A DNA stretch of 64,000 nt. Origin: Octopus vulgaris. Taxonomy: Eukaryota. The stretch is from positions 15,066,001 through 15,130,000 of the forward strand of contig OX597843.1 of assembly GCA_951406725.2 (NCBI GenBank), read 5' to 3'. Position numbers and translations under genes: made by a program. This document shows positions 24,003 to 36,530 of this stretch, in pieces; the stretch's first letter is position 1, and the number at the start of each line of letters is the position of its first letter. The notes under the pieces are model-generated. The model saw nothing but the letters and a program-made list of their open reading frames with translations, had not been told where the DNA came from and did no database searches.

Positions 24003-24004
<2 letters not shown>
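23749..24004. mobile_element. Fold-back non-coding element (family H) with a hammerhead motif on each strand, embedded in (TA)n
   Basis: About 90-bp inverted arms (23821-23910 / 23918-24007) plus a 70-bp one-sided extension. The + arm reads CUGU-CCGACGA-ACG-GGAA-CGU-GAAACUCAGAGUA-ACAG. Confidence 0.8.
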
Positions 24005-24049
<45 letters not shown>

Positions 24050-24639
24050 TACCTTTCTGTATCTGCCCTACCACCTCTTCTTCCCCAGGCTATCATGGGT
24101 TGGATAGGTTTGTCTGAAGCAGTGTTGTATAATCTGAGGTCCCTCCTATCACAAACCCCTTTTTTCCTTTTTCACAGCACATAACAGAAACACCACGACA
24201 ACTCTTAAACCGAGAAATACTTGTGGATTTTATTGATTGAAAAAACAAAACCCAGTATTTAATGTACACCGTGGTACACTGTACCAAATTATGGGGTGGA
24301 TAGAATGGAAGAAAATATTCTATTTTGGGGTGGGGGCAAGAGAGAAAGACGTGGATGGAACCTTTGAGCTATTTGAGGAGAAATTTGGTAATTTAATGAA
24401 AGAAATCGAATCTCACAAAATCAAAATTTATTTTAATTAAAATGTATTCACAGGCTCTTGATAAGCTTTCTTACCAGAATATTCTTTGATGTCTGCTTCC
24501 ATGCAGGACTAGAATCCTTTATATTCCTGCACGAAATGGTTCTTATTCCCTTCTGTCCTCAGCTGGACCATCAGTGAAACTAGGGTCTCCCTTCCAACGA
24601 CATTCCAAACATTTAAATTTGGTGAGTTTGGAGGCTACA

Positions 24640-25150
24640 AGTCTGGTGATCCTGAAGATTGTCTGGCATCCATTCTTGGGTTTTGTGGGCTTTGAGAGGA
24701 GGTGCTGAGTCTTGTCGAGAAACATATGGCCCTCTACCCTGTACTTCCAGCCATCCGGGCCTTAACAACTGTTCCTTGCACCTCAATGAATCCAGCAGCA
24801 TTAATTCCAAGACCCTGTAGAAAGATGTGAGGTGGCATGGCATGACCTTCACTCCTCACCAGTCCTAAAACCATCTCAGTTGCTGGAAACTTGGAAACTC
24901 TGAGGACATAACAAGGATCTGCATAGAAACCCCATCGGTCATTTCTCCTTTTTTGGTCTTGGTTGAGGTATTTCTTTTCATTGGGAAAGAATCACAGCTT
25001 GCCGTATTCATGAGGGTTTTTAACCTTGTTAAGTAACTGCTTGACACAGATCAAGGGGTTTTGCAGGCATGGATTGGCCCCTCCTCAGCACATACAACCC
25101 CTGTACCAAATCTCCTTGTCTACCACTTCCCTTTTTGGTCGAGGCTTACC
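24640..25150 (-). mobile_element. Degenerate maT/DD37D-like (Tc1/mariner superfamily) transposase fragment
   Basis: FF..EK...QDQK..NDRW..KFPAT.MVLG.V..EG..MPPH.F.QGL.INAA..PYV..QDSAP..KAH.TQEWM across frameshifts. Confidence 0.7.
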
Positions 25151-25775
25151 TGTTGGCAATGATTAGCAAAATTTAAAGCACACAATGAAATAAATAGACA
25201 CAAAAAGTTATAAATCAGAGAATAAAATTACATGTGAAAAGTCATATTTACAAGCTGTGCTACATGTAGATGGGGTTCAAATACTGAATGTAGGAGTGAA
25301 AAATAGGGACAAACATCTGAAGAGAGGGCTTCCAAAAGAAACTGTCCCAATCGATTAAAAATTTGATGTTTATATGAATTGTTGGATGAGAATTCAAAAT
25401 GTAAAAATTATAAGATAAAATATACAAATTCGGGTAAAGGATATCATCTACGGCTCTTTCAGGGGTACATTAAATGTATAAATATATATTCCCTTCAGAA
25501 AGTAGAGAGGGATGGACCCTAAGGCAGATTTATGCATTTACATTTGGCCAATATCTAGCATCCTTGATACTCCGTGGAGGCTGCAAATGTATTATTGACT
25601 TGTCTTTTGTTTGTAACATATTCCTGAGTGGAGGAGAGGTGCTGAGTGTACCTTGGAGTGGGGTTGAGTATTTACTTTTGGAAATGGCCCCAGCACAAGC
25701 AGTTAAGTTTCCAGCTCTACTATACAGTTAATCAATGAGGGAAAATGCTTGCCATATATACATATATGTATATAT

Positions 25776-25817
<42 letters not shown>

Positions 25818-25819
<2 letters not shown>

Positions 25820-26150
25820 ATAAATAAATAAAACATGCATATATACATACATATATGTATGTACCTACCTCTACATGTATATATACATGCATATATGGGT
25901 ACAGGACACCAAAAAAACGTCGAACACAATGAGAAACGAAAACAAAGACAAAACCAAGGAAATGGACATTTTTCTTAAACAACGAAAATATAGAGTACGG
26001 GACATACAAAACAAGGAAAATTCTCCTTCTTCAGTTGCCATGGTTTCATCTACTCCACGTTTTGAAGGTCATGCATGTATATATACATGTAGAGGTAGGT
26101 TGTACATATATGTATGTATATATGCATATGTTTTATTTATTTATTAATTT
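25818..26150. repeat. About 70-bp inverted repeat enclosing a 180-bp Penelope-like spacer, next to (TA)n
   Basis: aaataaaacatgcatatatac..acctacctctacatgtatatatacatgcat (25822-25892) is the reverse complement of 26070-26143. Confidence 0.75.
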
Positions 26151-27068
26151 ATTATATGACAATGCACGCATCCATTTCTAAGTAAGATTGTTCTTAATAT
26201 ATATATATATATATATATGTATATATGTGAGTGTGTGTATACATACACCTTATTTGCTTCAGTCTTTAAATTGTGGCCATGCTGAAGCACTGTCTTGAAC
26301 TTTTAGTTGAATGAATTGACCCCATTCCTTTTTATTTTTTAAGCCTTGTACTTATTTTATTTGTGTCTTTCACTGAACTGCTCAGTTATGGGGATGTAAA
26401 CACCAACACCAGTGGTCAAGTGGTGGGGTGGGGGGACAAACACAGACGCACACATATCTGCAGTGGGACTGAACCCAGAGCCATGTGGTTGGGAAGTAAA
26501 CTTCTCTATCACACACACCCACACCTGTACCTATTTCTGGCAATGCTTCAAGAAAACCATACTTTATTATTATTATTATTATTATTATTTCAATCATTTG
26601 GCTCGTATTCCGTACATTAGCCTATCCCAAGGTTGATGCCCCACATTGTACAACCCTGGGTACTGGAGTGGAATGTGGAACAATCAATGAGCCCCATCTT
26701 TGGTTATGTGTTGCACTTTACAGTGGCCTGTTTCTTTTAGCATGTGACATAATAAATGAATAAATATATATAATTATATACAGTAATAACTCACTTTACA
26801 AGGACCTGCGTAACGAGATCCTGGGTTTACAAGCTTTTAAAAGTTTTATTTTCTGTTTGTGGGCTTAAAAAATCCTGGCCGACATCAAATAAACACTCAG
26901 TAGAAAGGAATAGGGTTAAATTTCCAACAAATAAATTCCAGTAAATCTGTGTAGAGTACAAATCCCAGGTCAATCTAACAGTCATTGTGCAGAACTAGAA
27001 GAGATTCAAAGTGTTAACAACAATCAATGATTTGTACAAAGAAATATCATATCTTTTAGATGACACCT

Positions 27069-27645
27069 TCATCCAAGACTTGGCCCCTGTGCTATCAACC
27101 CACTACAACAATTGAATCATCCAAGACTTGGCCCCTGTGCTATCAACCCACTATAACAATTGAATCATCCAAGACTTGGCCCCTGTGCTATCCACCCACT
27201 ACAACAATTGAATCATCCAAGACTTGGCCCCTGTGCTATCCACCCACTACAACAATTGAATCATCCAAGATTTGGCCCCTGTGCTATCAACCCACTACAA
27301 CAATTGAATCATCCAAGACTTGGCCCCTGTGCTATCCACCCACTACAACAATTGAATCATCCAAGACTTGGCCCCTGTGCTATCAACCCACTACAACAAT
27401 TGAATCATCCAAGACTTGGCCCCTGTGTTATACGCCCACTACAAAAATTGAATCATCCAAGACTTGGCCCCTGTGCTATCTGCCTACTAAAAAAATTGAA
27501 TCATCCAAGACTTGGCCCCTGTGCTATCTGCCTACTAAAAAAATTGAATCATCCAAAACTTGGCCCCTGTGCTATCCACCCACTACAACAATTGAATCAT
27601 CCAAGACTTGGCCCCTGTGCTATCCACCCACTAAAAAAATTGAAC
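27069..27645 (+). repeat. 48-bp minisatellite, about 12 copies, amplified from a CR1 LINE ORF segment
   Basis: Unit tcatccaagacttggcccctgtgctatccacccactacaacaattgaa. The HPRLGPCAI frame continues into the CR1 C-terminus. Confidence 0.92.
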
Positions 27646-27900
27646 TCTGTACACACAGCAACATTACGTCACGATTCCTTTACCTCAACCAGTCTGGCTC
27701 TCTTTAATACCTTACCAAAATACTTCAAAATGGAAACGAATCCCATAAAATTCAAAAGTTCACTGGACAAATTTCTCAAAAAAATCCCAGACCAACCTCC
27801 TACACCCGGATATGTCTCCAACAATAATAACTCTGCTAGAGTGGGCCAAGGTGTCCCGTATATGACTAAAAAACTGGCCGAAACCTATCAAAGTTATACA
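27646..27900 (+). mobile_element. CR1-type LINE 3' end
   Basis: SF..LFN.LPK..FKSSLDKFL..IPDQPPTPGY..NNS. Confidence 0.8.
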
Positions 27901-27916
27901 TACATATATATATTAC

Positions 27917-28640
27917 ATGGGAAAATGCGAGCATGGGAAGTAATATTCTTAAGATTATAAACCTGGAAAAGTACAAGACAAGCTATTACTTCAAGCAAAC
28001 TAAAGAATAAGAAACTTTTTACTTAAAATATTGCAGCAAAGAATGCCAGTTCTTCTAATTTACCATTCTTTACAATTCTCATCTTTTAAATTTATTGTAC
28101 AAAACTGTTCAGCTAATTTGTAAGTTTGTCTAATTAGTCACTTTTTCCTGTATTTAAGGTAGTAAGTTAGCCAAATCTTTATATATAAAATTGAAGTTGT
28201 GTGTGTGAGACTGTCTCCTCCGATTTAGATTCCTAACTACTCCCACATTTTGCGGTGCAGTTTAACCAAAAGCGGGTATCTTATAGTCGTCATTCATATC
28301 GAGCCCTTCTGGGTATTAGTATGAGTCTACGATTTAAAAAAAAATTTACCATCATTTTTCCGCATTTTTAATGATTTTTGCTCGGGTTATATAAGGGAAG
28401 TAACTCTCTAAAAATGCTTGTATAGTTATTTCCCTTACAAAACCGAGCAACGCCGGGCGATACTGTATTGTGTTATTTGTAAACTATAATAAAATAGGTT
28501 TAAATATTCAAATTTTAATTTTAGCTGCAATATTTTAAGTAAAAAGTTTCTTCTTCTTTACTAGAACCAATAGCTTGTCCTGTACTTTTCCAGGTTTATA
28601 ATCTTAAGAATATGACTTTTCATGCTCGCATTTTTCCAGG
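27917..28640. mobile_element. Fold-back MITE with about 120-bp TIRs, containing a Helitron insertion
   Basis: ggaaaatgcgagcatg..ttcttaagattataaacctggaaaagtaca..aagaaactttttacttaaaatattgcagc is mirrored at 28524-28638. Confidence 0.8.
28176..28465 (+). mobile_element. Non-autonomous Helitron (CTAG end lost)
   Basis: Near-identical to 21602-21882. Confidence 0.88.
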
Positions 28641-28965
28641 CATTGCTATTATAAGATAATTAATAATGTGTCAATAATTTAAGATTTTATCTTATAAAAT
28701 ACTCAAAGACAGTATTTCAATTTTTCCATATAGGTAATGATGATATTTCAATTTTTTCCCTGTTTAATTTAAGATATGTTGTGATTGAATTATTTGGTAT
28801 TACCAAATTAAAGGCAGGAATTTTTACCATCTTGTTGGTTGTACCATGACTCACCAAAAGTTACAAACAAGACCCGAAAACTATGTGACCAGGCTCACTT
28901 TAAGTAACCTAGATTTTGAGTTGGGATAATAGCGCTGACTGCTGCTAATCTAGATCTATCAAAAA

Positions 28966-29263
28966 CTAGCAATATCGCCCGGCGTTGCTCGGGTTTGTAA
29001 GGGAAATAACTATATAAGCATTTTTAGAGAGTTACTTCCCTTATATAACCCAAGCAAAAATCATTAGAAATGCGGAAAAATGATAGTAAGTTTTTTTTAA
29101 ATCGTAGACTCATAGATGCACGCTAATACCCAGAAGGGCTCGATATGAATGATGACTATAAGATACCCGCTTTTGGTTAAACTGCACCGCAAAATGTGGG
29201 AGTAAGGAATCTAAATCGGAGGTGACAGTCTCACACACACAACTTGAATTTTATATATAAAGA
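28966..29263 (-). mobile_element. Non-autonomous Helitron
   Basis: Reverse complement of the same family with TC and CTAG ends and the hairpin. Confidence 0.9.
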
Positions 29264-29549
29264 TTATACAATACAGCAGAAATTTCTGGACGGCCTTACT
29301 ACATATGCCTTCAAGTCTGCCCGTAGAGACACAGCCAAAAATGACTAGATTCCTGCCCCAATAAATTTAGATGCATATATCTGAAGCACATAACACATTA
29401 ATGAACCAGCCTGATTAAATAATTAACTAAAAAGAAAAGGAAAAGCAAAAAAGCAGAAAGCAAGTTAATTAAAACTGAAAGAGAAAATTAATAATAAAAG
29501 TTAAACTTACTTTAATTCAACAGTATATTAGAAATAACTTTATTAAATA

Positions 29550-30052
29550 CTAGCAGTATCGCCCGGCGTTGCTCGGGTTTGTAAGGGAAATAACTATATA
29601 AGCATTTTTAGAGTTACTTCCCTTATAGATGCCAATTCGGGCTTTCTTAGCCATTTCTGTTTTGGTGTCTTCAAGCCATGAAGTCTTTGTTCTAAAAGAA
29701 CGCTGGTCTCCTTTACGACGTTGATTTCCTTACACTCCCTTCCCCACAGCTTCACGAGGGAGGGAAGGAGGGGGAGAAGCAAACACAGGTGCAGGTGTGA
29801 CCATGGACGCCAACTCTGCCGCCATCGACACACGAAAAAATGTGCATTAAAATGGAATAAAAAATGATGTTAAATTATTTTTAAAATCGTAAACTCATCG
29901 TTGACACGCGCTAATACTCAGAAGGGTTTGATATGAATCACGACTATAAGATACCCGAATTTGGTTAAACTGCACCGCAAAATGTGGGAGTAGTTAGGAA
30001 TCTAAATCGAAGGGGACAGACACTCACACAACTACAGTTTTATATATATAGA
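29550..30052 (-). mobile_element. Non-autonomous Helitron, long variant
   Basis: Same termini and hairpin with about 210 bp of extra internal sequence (about 29628-29840). Confidence 0.88.
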
Positions 30053-30087
30053 TTTAATTAATTAAAAAAATAAAATATATGAAAAGA

Positions 30088-30355
30088 TGAAAGGCAAAGT
30101 CGACCTCGGCGGAATTTGAACTCAGAATGTAAGGACAGACGAAATACCTATTTCTTTACTACCCACAAGGGGCTAAACGCAGAGGGGACAGACAAATGGA
30201 TTAAGTTGATTATATCGACCCCAGTGTGTAACTGGTACTTATTTAATCGAGCCTGAAGGGATGAAAGGCAAAGTCGACCTCGGCGGAATTTGAACTCAGA
30301 ATGTAAGGATAGACGAAATACCGCTAAGCATTTCGCCTGGTGCACTAACATTTCT
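30088..30355 (-). mobile_element. SINE family B with a tandemly duplicated segment
   Basis: gatgaaaggcaaagtcgacctcggcggaatttgaactcagaatgtaagga.agacgaaatacc occurs twice. Confidence 0.8.
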
Positions 30356-32360
30356 GCTTTAGAATGTAAACATTCATTTTAGAAATATATTCTTAAAATG
30401 AATTAAAAAAGTAATTCTATATTAAAGAATAATTTCAAAATAAAATTAGCTTTTTCGAAATTTTTAAGAACCTACAATAGCAACAAGCCTGGTAAGAAGA
30501 AGAATAAGAGCAATTATAACAAACAACAGATTAATTTAAATCTATTGGCTGTGGCCTCTACCTGGGACGTAGCCAGTCCACTTATGCATACCGTTCCTTC
30601 TTGTGACACAAACCCTACTTGTGAAGACCTGTTGAGGCAAGTGAAAATCAAAATCAAAATCAAAATCTTTCAACATCAATGGAAATTGTAGCTGAGATAC
30701 CAGTGCCGGTGGCACGTAAGAGAACCGTCTGAACGGGGCCATTGCCAGCGCCGCCCCGACTGGCCTCCGTGTCAGTGGCACATAAAAAGCACCATCCGAT
30801 TGTGGCCGTTTGCCAGCCTCGTCTGGCACCTGTGCAGGTGGCACATAAAAAGCACCCACTACACTCATGGGGTGGTTGGCATTAGGAAGGGCATCCAGCT
30901 GTAGAAACCATACCAAAACATAATCTGGAATCTGGTATGGCCCCTGGCCTTGCCAGCTGCTGTCAAAACATCCAACCCATGCCAGCATGGAAAGCGGACA
31001 CTAAACGATGATGATGATGATATTTCTTTGCTTGGAGCATTACTCCCTTATTTTACATTTTATGACATTTTACTTCATAACTTTTTTTACTACTAATTTT
31101 TGTTAAATGCAACTAATGATTTTGAATTCCTCACGCATTTTCCTACCATCTAAACCAAAGAAAAGTATACTTTTAGTTTTAAATTTAAAAATTTATGATA
31201 ATCAAAAATGAACACCTGCTTTACTGCCCACCTTTAAGCCTTTAGTGTTTAAACTGGCCAAATCCAGCCCAAATATTCTACAAGTTTTATATTCAAACTG
31301 GCCAGATCCAGCCTCTCACACCTAACTTACATTGATATTCTAAAAATAAACAATCACATCACTGAAACTTCAAAGCTATAAGATAATGCATAATTAATTA
31401 AAAACAATTTGAGTGAAAAAAATATATTTAACAGAGTAATTTGAACACTAAAGGGTTAAGCCTCCCATATTTTGATGTAACTTTTATCCTACTGAACCAA
31501 ATCTCAAACTATTTATGCCAAAATGTAGCTGAGGAGGTGTCCCCTTTAAAACTGCTAACAGTTTGCAATTTAGTTGAGAACTGAATTAGTGGTTGAAGTT
31601 TGGAAGCTGCTACGGTTGACGAAATGGTGGACTTGAAAATATATATTCTATAAATTGAAAGGTGTAATGAATAAATGCTCCAATTGGTCAAAACAACTTT
31701 ATATCATTCCCAAATTATCAAAATTCGAATATAAATATATATTAAAACAATAGGGCACCCCAAGGTAAAACCCAACAGTATAAAATGTCGCCTTACTGGC
31801 ACATGAACAAAACATTCGAGCAAGATTGTTACCAGTGCCACTGGACTGACTCCTGTGCAGGTGGCAAGTAAAGAAACACCGTTTCGACCCTGTGCTTGGG
31901 GAGACCTATTGAGTCGAGTACATCAGCATCAAAAATTCAAATGAAAACTGTAGTTGTGATACCCGTGCCGGTTGCACGTAAAAAGCAACATCTGAACGTG
32001 GCCGATGGCAGCGCCGCCTTGACTGGCTTCCGTGCTGGTGGCACGTAAAAAGCAACAACTGATCGTGGTCGCTGCCAACCTTGCCTGGCATGTAAAAAGC
32101 ACCCACTACACTCACGGAGTGGTTGGCGTTAGGAAGGGCATCCAGCTGAAGAAACACTGCCAGATCAGACTGGAGCCTGGTGCAGCCTCCTGGCTTCCCA
32201 GACCCCAGTCAAACCGTCCAACCCATGCTAGCATGGAAAACGGACGTTAAATGATGATGATGATGATATACACGAATAAAAGGTGATAAAACCTAAAAGG
32301 GTAAGATGAGTGAAGTGGAATGAAGACGAAATATATGGAATAAATTAATTCATAATCAAT

Positions 32361-32735
32361 AGGCGCAGGAGTGGCTGTGTGGTAAGTAGCTTGCTTACCA
32401 ACCACATGGTTCCAGGTTCAGTCCCACTGCATGGCACCTTGGGCAAGTGTCTTCTACTTGTGAGTAGATTTGGTAGATAGAAACTGAAAGAAGACTGTCG
32501 TATATATGTATATATATATATGTGTGTGTGTGTCTGTGTTTGTCCCCCTAACATTGCTTGACATCCGATGCTAGCGTGTTTATGTCCCCGTTACTTAGCA
32601 GTTCAGCAAAAGAGACCGATAGAATAAGTACTGGGCCTACAAAAAGAATAAGTTCTGGGGTCGAGTTGCTCGATTAAAAGGCAGTGCTCCAGCATGGCCG
32701 CAGTCAAATGACTGAAACCAGTAAAAGAATAAAAG
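32361..32735 (+). mobile_element. tRNA-derived SINE, family A
   Basis: A/B boxes and family tail, with a small internal deletion. Confidence 0.9.
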
Positions 32736-33414
32736 AACCACTAAGAATTTAAGGCAAGGGAGCTAAAATGATAAATATAAAAATTAAGTGTAAGGAAACG
32801 AGAAGAGAGTCCATTCAGGCCCACCTCTACGATTGCTTCAAAGGATTCTGGTTCACATCGTTAATGGTAGACTCCAAAGGTAACAGCTTTTCATTTGGAG
32901 AAAACTTAGAAAGGCTTCCACAATTCTGGTTATTGTGATCGTTACCAGCGTCGCCTGGGATCGTTACCAGCGTCGCCTTACTGGCACCTTTGCCGGTGGC
33001 ATGTGTAAAAAGATTCGAGCAAGGTCGTTGCCAGTACTGCCTGACAGGCCCCCGTGCCGGTGGCACATAAAGGCACCCACTATACTCTCGGAGTGGTTGG
33101 CGTTAGGAAGGGCATTCAGCTGTAGAAACTCTGCCAGATCAGATTGGAGCCTGGTGCAGCCATCTGGTTTGCCAGCCCTCAGTCAAAATCGTCCAACCCA
33201 TGCTAGCATGGAAAGCGGACGTTAAACGATGATGATGATGATGTTCAATTGCAGAAACAGACAAGTTAAAATAAGAATCCAGTGGGTTCAAGTAAAGATC
33301 AGTTCAAAGGTCAAGAATTGAATTTAGATGAAGAAATTGCTATAGGTTCTACTTAATTTCAATTCAAGATCACGGCTGAGGCGGGCCTCTGAAACATCCG
33401 ATTTTAATTTTATA

Positions 33415-33628
33415 TCTCTTTTACTTGTTTCAGTCATTTGACTGCGGCCATGCTGGAGCACCGCCTTTAGTCAAGCAAATCAACCCCGGGACTTATTCTT
33501 TGTAAGCCTAGTACTTATTCTATCGGTCTCTTTTGCCGAACCGCTAAGTAATGGGGACGTAAACACACCAGCATCGGTTGTCAAGCAATGCTAGGAGGAC
33601 AAAAACAGATACACAAACAAACACACAT

Positions 33629-33693
<65 letters not shown>

Positions 33694-33853
33694 TATGACA
33701 GGCTTCTTTCAGTTTCCATCTACCAAATCCACTGACAAGGCTTTGGTCGGCCCGAGGCTATAGTAGAAGACACTTGCCCAAGATGCCACGCAGTGGGACT
33801 GAACCTGGAACCATGTGGTTGGTAAACAAGCTACTTACCACACAGCCACTCCT
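33415..33853 (-). mobile_element. tRNA-derived SINE, family A
   Basis: Reverse-complement full-length copy. Confidence 0.9.
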
Positions 33854-34160
33854 TACTCAAGAATGTTGAGAAAAACCTATAATTACAAAAAGGGAGCACA
33901 TAAGAAAATTTATTGAGGTGTTATTGACCCAAAACATTTATGGATCAAGTACGATTCCCTCTTAAGCATAATCTACATCTGTTTAAATTAGCATTAAAGT
34001 GTGTGTGTGTGTGGGGGGGGTTTGGACAAGACTGACCATTCAACAGTATGGCTCATATTCCTCCTTTTCAAATCATGAATATAAGATGCCAACGTGGTAG
34101 AACTGGAGTATTTGGCATTTGAAAACGAGCTCAAGTGGGCCCTACATCTTTTAAAATCAA

Positions 34161-34565
34161 TAGGCACAGGAGTGGCTGTGTGGTAAGTAGCTTGCTTGCA
34201 AACTACATGGTTCCAGGTTCAGTCCCACTGCGTGGCACCTCGGGCAAGTGTCTTCTACTATAGCCCCGGGCTGACCAATGCCTTGTGAGTGGATTTGGTA
34301 GACGGAAACTGAAAGAAGCCTGTCGTATATATGTATATATATATATATATATGTGTGTGTGCCTATGTTTGTCCCCCTAGCATTGCTTGACAACTGATGC
34401 TGGTGTGTTTACGTTCCCGTCACTTAGCAGTTCGGCAAAAAGAGACTGATAGAATAAGTACTGGGCTTACAAAGAATAAGTCCTGGGGTCAATTTGCTCG
34501 ACTAAAGGCGGTGCTCCAGCATGGCCACAGTCAAATGATTGAAACAACTAAAAGAGTAAAGAGTG
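34161..34565 (+). mobile_element. tRNA-derived SINE, family A
   Basis: Full-length copy. Confidence 0.9.
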
Positions 34566-34834
34566 TTCCAAATATATCCCCTAACCAAATTATTCTCCCC
34601 TCTAACACTACATTTTTTTTATTAAGCAAAACCCCTTAAGAGGACATAAGTTTGGGGTTCTGAAATTACAACTAAATTTTGGGGTCCCTGCATATTTAAT
34701 AAGGTCTACATTTTCTCCTACAGAAGCGCTGAATTGTCTACACCCCAGTGCCACCCGAGCACTTCCAGCTGCAGTCCTGTTTTTATTTTTGTTCTTTGGT
34801 TTACCGAAGTTATAAAACCATCCTCTTATATTCA

Positions 34835-36530
34835 TGGCATGTAAAAAGCACCATCCGAACGTGGTCGATGCCAGCACCTCCTGTCTGGCCCCTGTGCCGG
34901 TGGCATGTAAAAAGCACCATCCAAACGTGGTCGATGCCAGCACCTCCTGTCTGGCCCCTGTGCCGGTGGCATGTAAAAAGCACCATCCGAACGTGGTCGA
35001 TGCCAGCACCTCCTGTCTGGACCCTGTGCCGGTGGCATGTAAAAAGCACCATCCGAATGTGGTCGATGCCAGCACCTCCTGTCTGGCCCCTGTGCCGGTG
35101 GCATGTAAAAAGCACCATCCGAACGTGGTCGATGCCAGCACCTCCTGTCTGGCCCCTGTGCCGGTGGCATGTAAAAAGCACCATCCGAACGTGGTCGATG
35201 CCAGCACCTCCTGTCTGGCCCCTGTGCCGGTGGCATGTAAAAAGCACCATCCGAACGTGGTCGATGCCAGCACCTCCTGTCTGGCCCCTGTGCCGGTGGC
35301 ATGTAAAAAGCACCATCCGAACGTGGTCGATGCCAGCACCTCCTGTCTGGCCCCTGTGCCGGTGGCATGTAAAAAGCACCATCCGAACGTGGTCGATGCC
35401 AGCACCTCCTGTCTGGACCCTGTGCCGGTGGCATGTAAAAAGCACCATCCGAACGTGGTCGATGCCAGCACCTCCTGTCTGGCCCCTGTGCTGGTGGCAT
35501 GTAAAAAGCACCATCCGAACGTGGTCGATGCCAGCACCTCTTGTCTGGCCCCTGTGCCGGTGGCATGTAAAAAGCACCATCCGAACGTGGTCGATGCCAG
35601 CACCTCCTGTCTGGCCCCTGTGCTGGTGGCATGTAAAAAGCACCATCCGAACGTGGTCGATGCCAGCACCTCCTGTCTGGCCCCTGTGCCGGTGGCATGT
35701 AAAAAGCACCATCCGAACGTGGTCGATGCCAGCACCTCCTGTCTGGCCCCTGTGCCGGTGGCATGTAAAAAGCACCATCCGAACGTGGTCGATGCCAGCA
35801 CCTCCTGTCTGGCCCCTGTGCCGGTGGCATGTAAAAAGCACCATCCGAACGTGGTCGATGCCAGCACCTCCTGTCTGGCCCCTGTGCCGGTGGCATGTAA
35901 AAAGCACCATCCGAACGTGGTCGATGCCAGCACCTCCTGTCTGGCCCCTGTGCCGGTGGCATGTAAAAAGCACCATCCGAACGTGGTCGATGCCAGCACC
36001 TCCTGTCTGGCCCCTGTGCCGGTGGCATGTAAAAAGCACCATCCGAACGTGGTCGATGCCAGCACCTCCTGTCTGGCCCCTGTGCCGGTGGCATGTAAAA
36101 AGCACCATCCGAACGTGGTCGATGCCAGCACCTCCTGTCTGGCCCCTGTGCCGGTGGCATGTAAAAAGCACCATCCGAACGTGGTCGATGCCAGCACCTC
36201 CTGTCTGGCCCCTGTGCCGGTGGCATGTAAAAAGCACCATCCGAACGTGGTCGATGCCAGCACCTCCTGTCTGGCCCCTGTGCCGGTGGCATGTAAAAAG
36301 CACCATCCGAACGTGGTCGATGCCAGCACCTCCTGTCTGGCCCCTGTGCCGGTGGCATGTAAAAAGCACCATCCGAACGTGGTCGTCGATGCCAGCACCT
36401 CCTATCTGGCCCCTGTGCTGGTGGCATGTAAAAAGCACCATCCGAACGTGGTCGATGCCAGCACCTCCTATCTGGCCCCTGTGCTGGTGGCATGTAAAAA
36501 GCACCATCCGAACGTGGTCGATGCCAGCAT
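34835..36530 (+). repeat. 66-bp minisatellite, about 25.5 near-identical copies, derived from the family C 3' UTR module
   Basis: Unit tggcatgtaaaaagcaccatccgaacgtggtcgatgccagcacctcctgtctggcccctgtgccgg, giving 22-aa periodicity in the ORF track. Confidence 0.97.
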
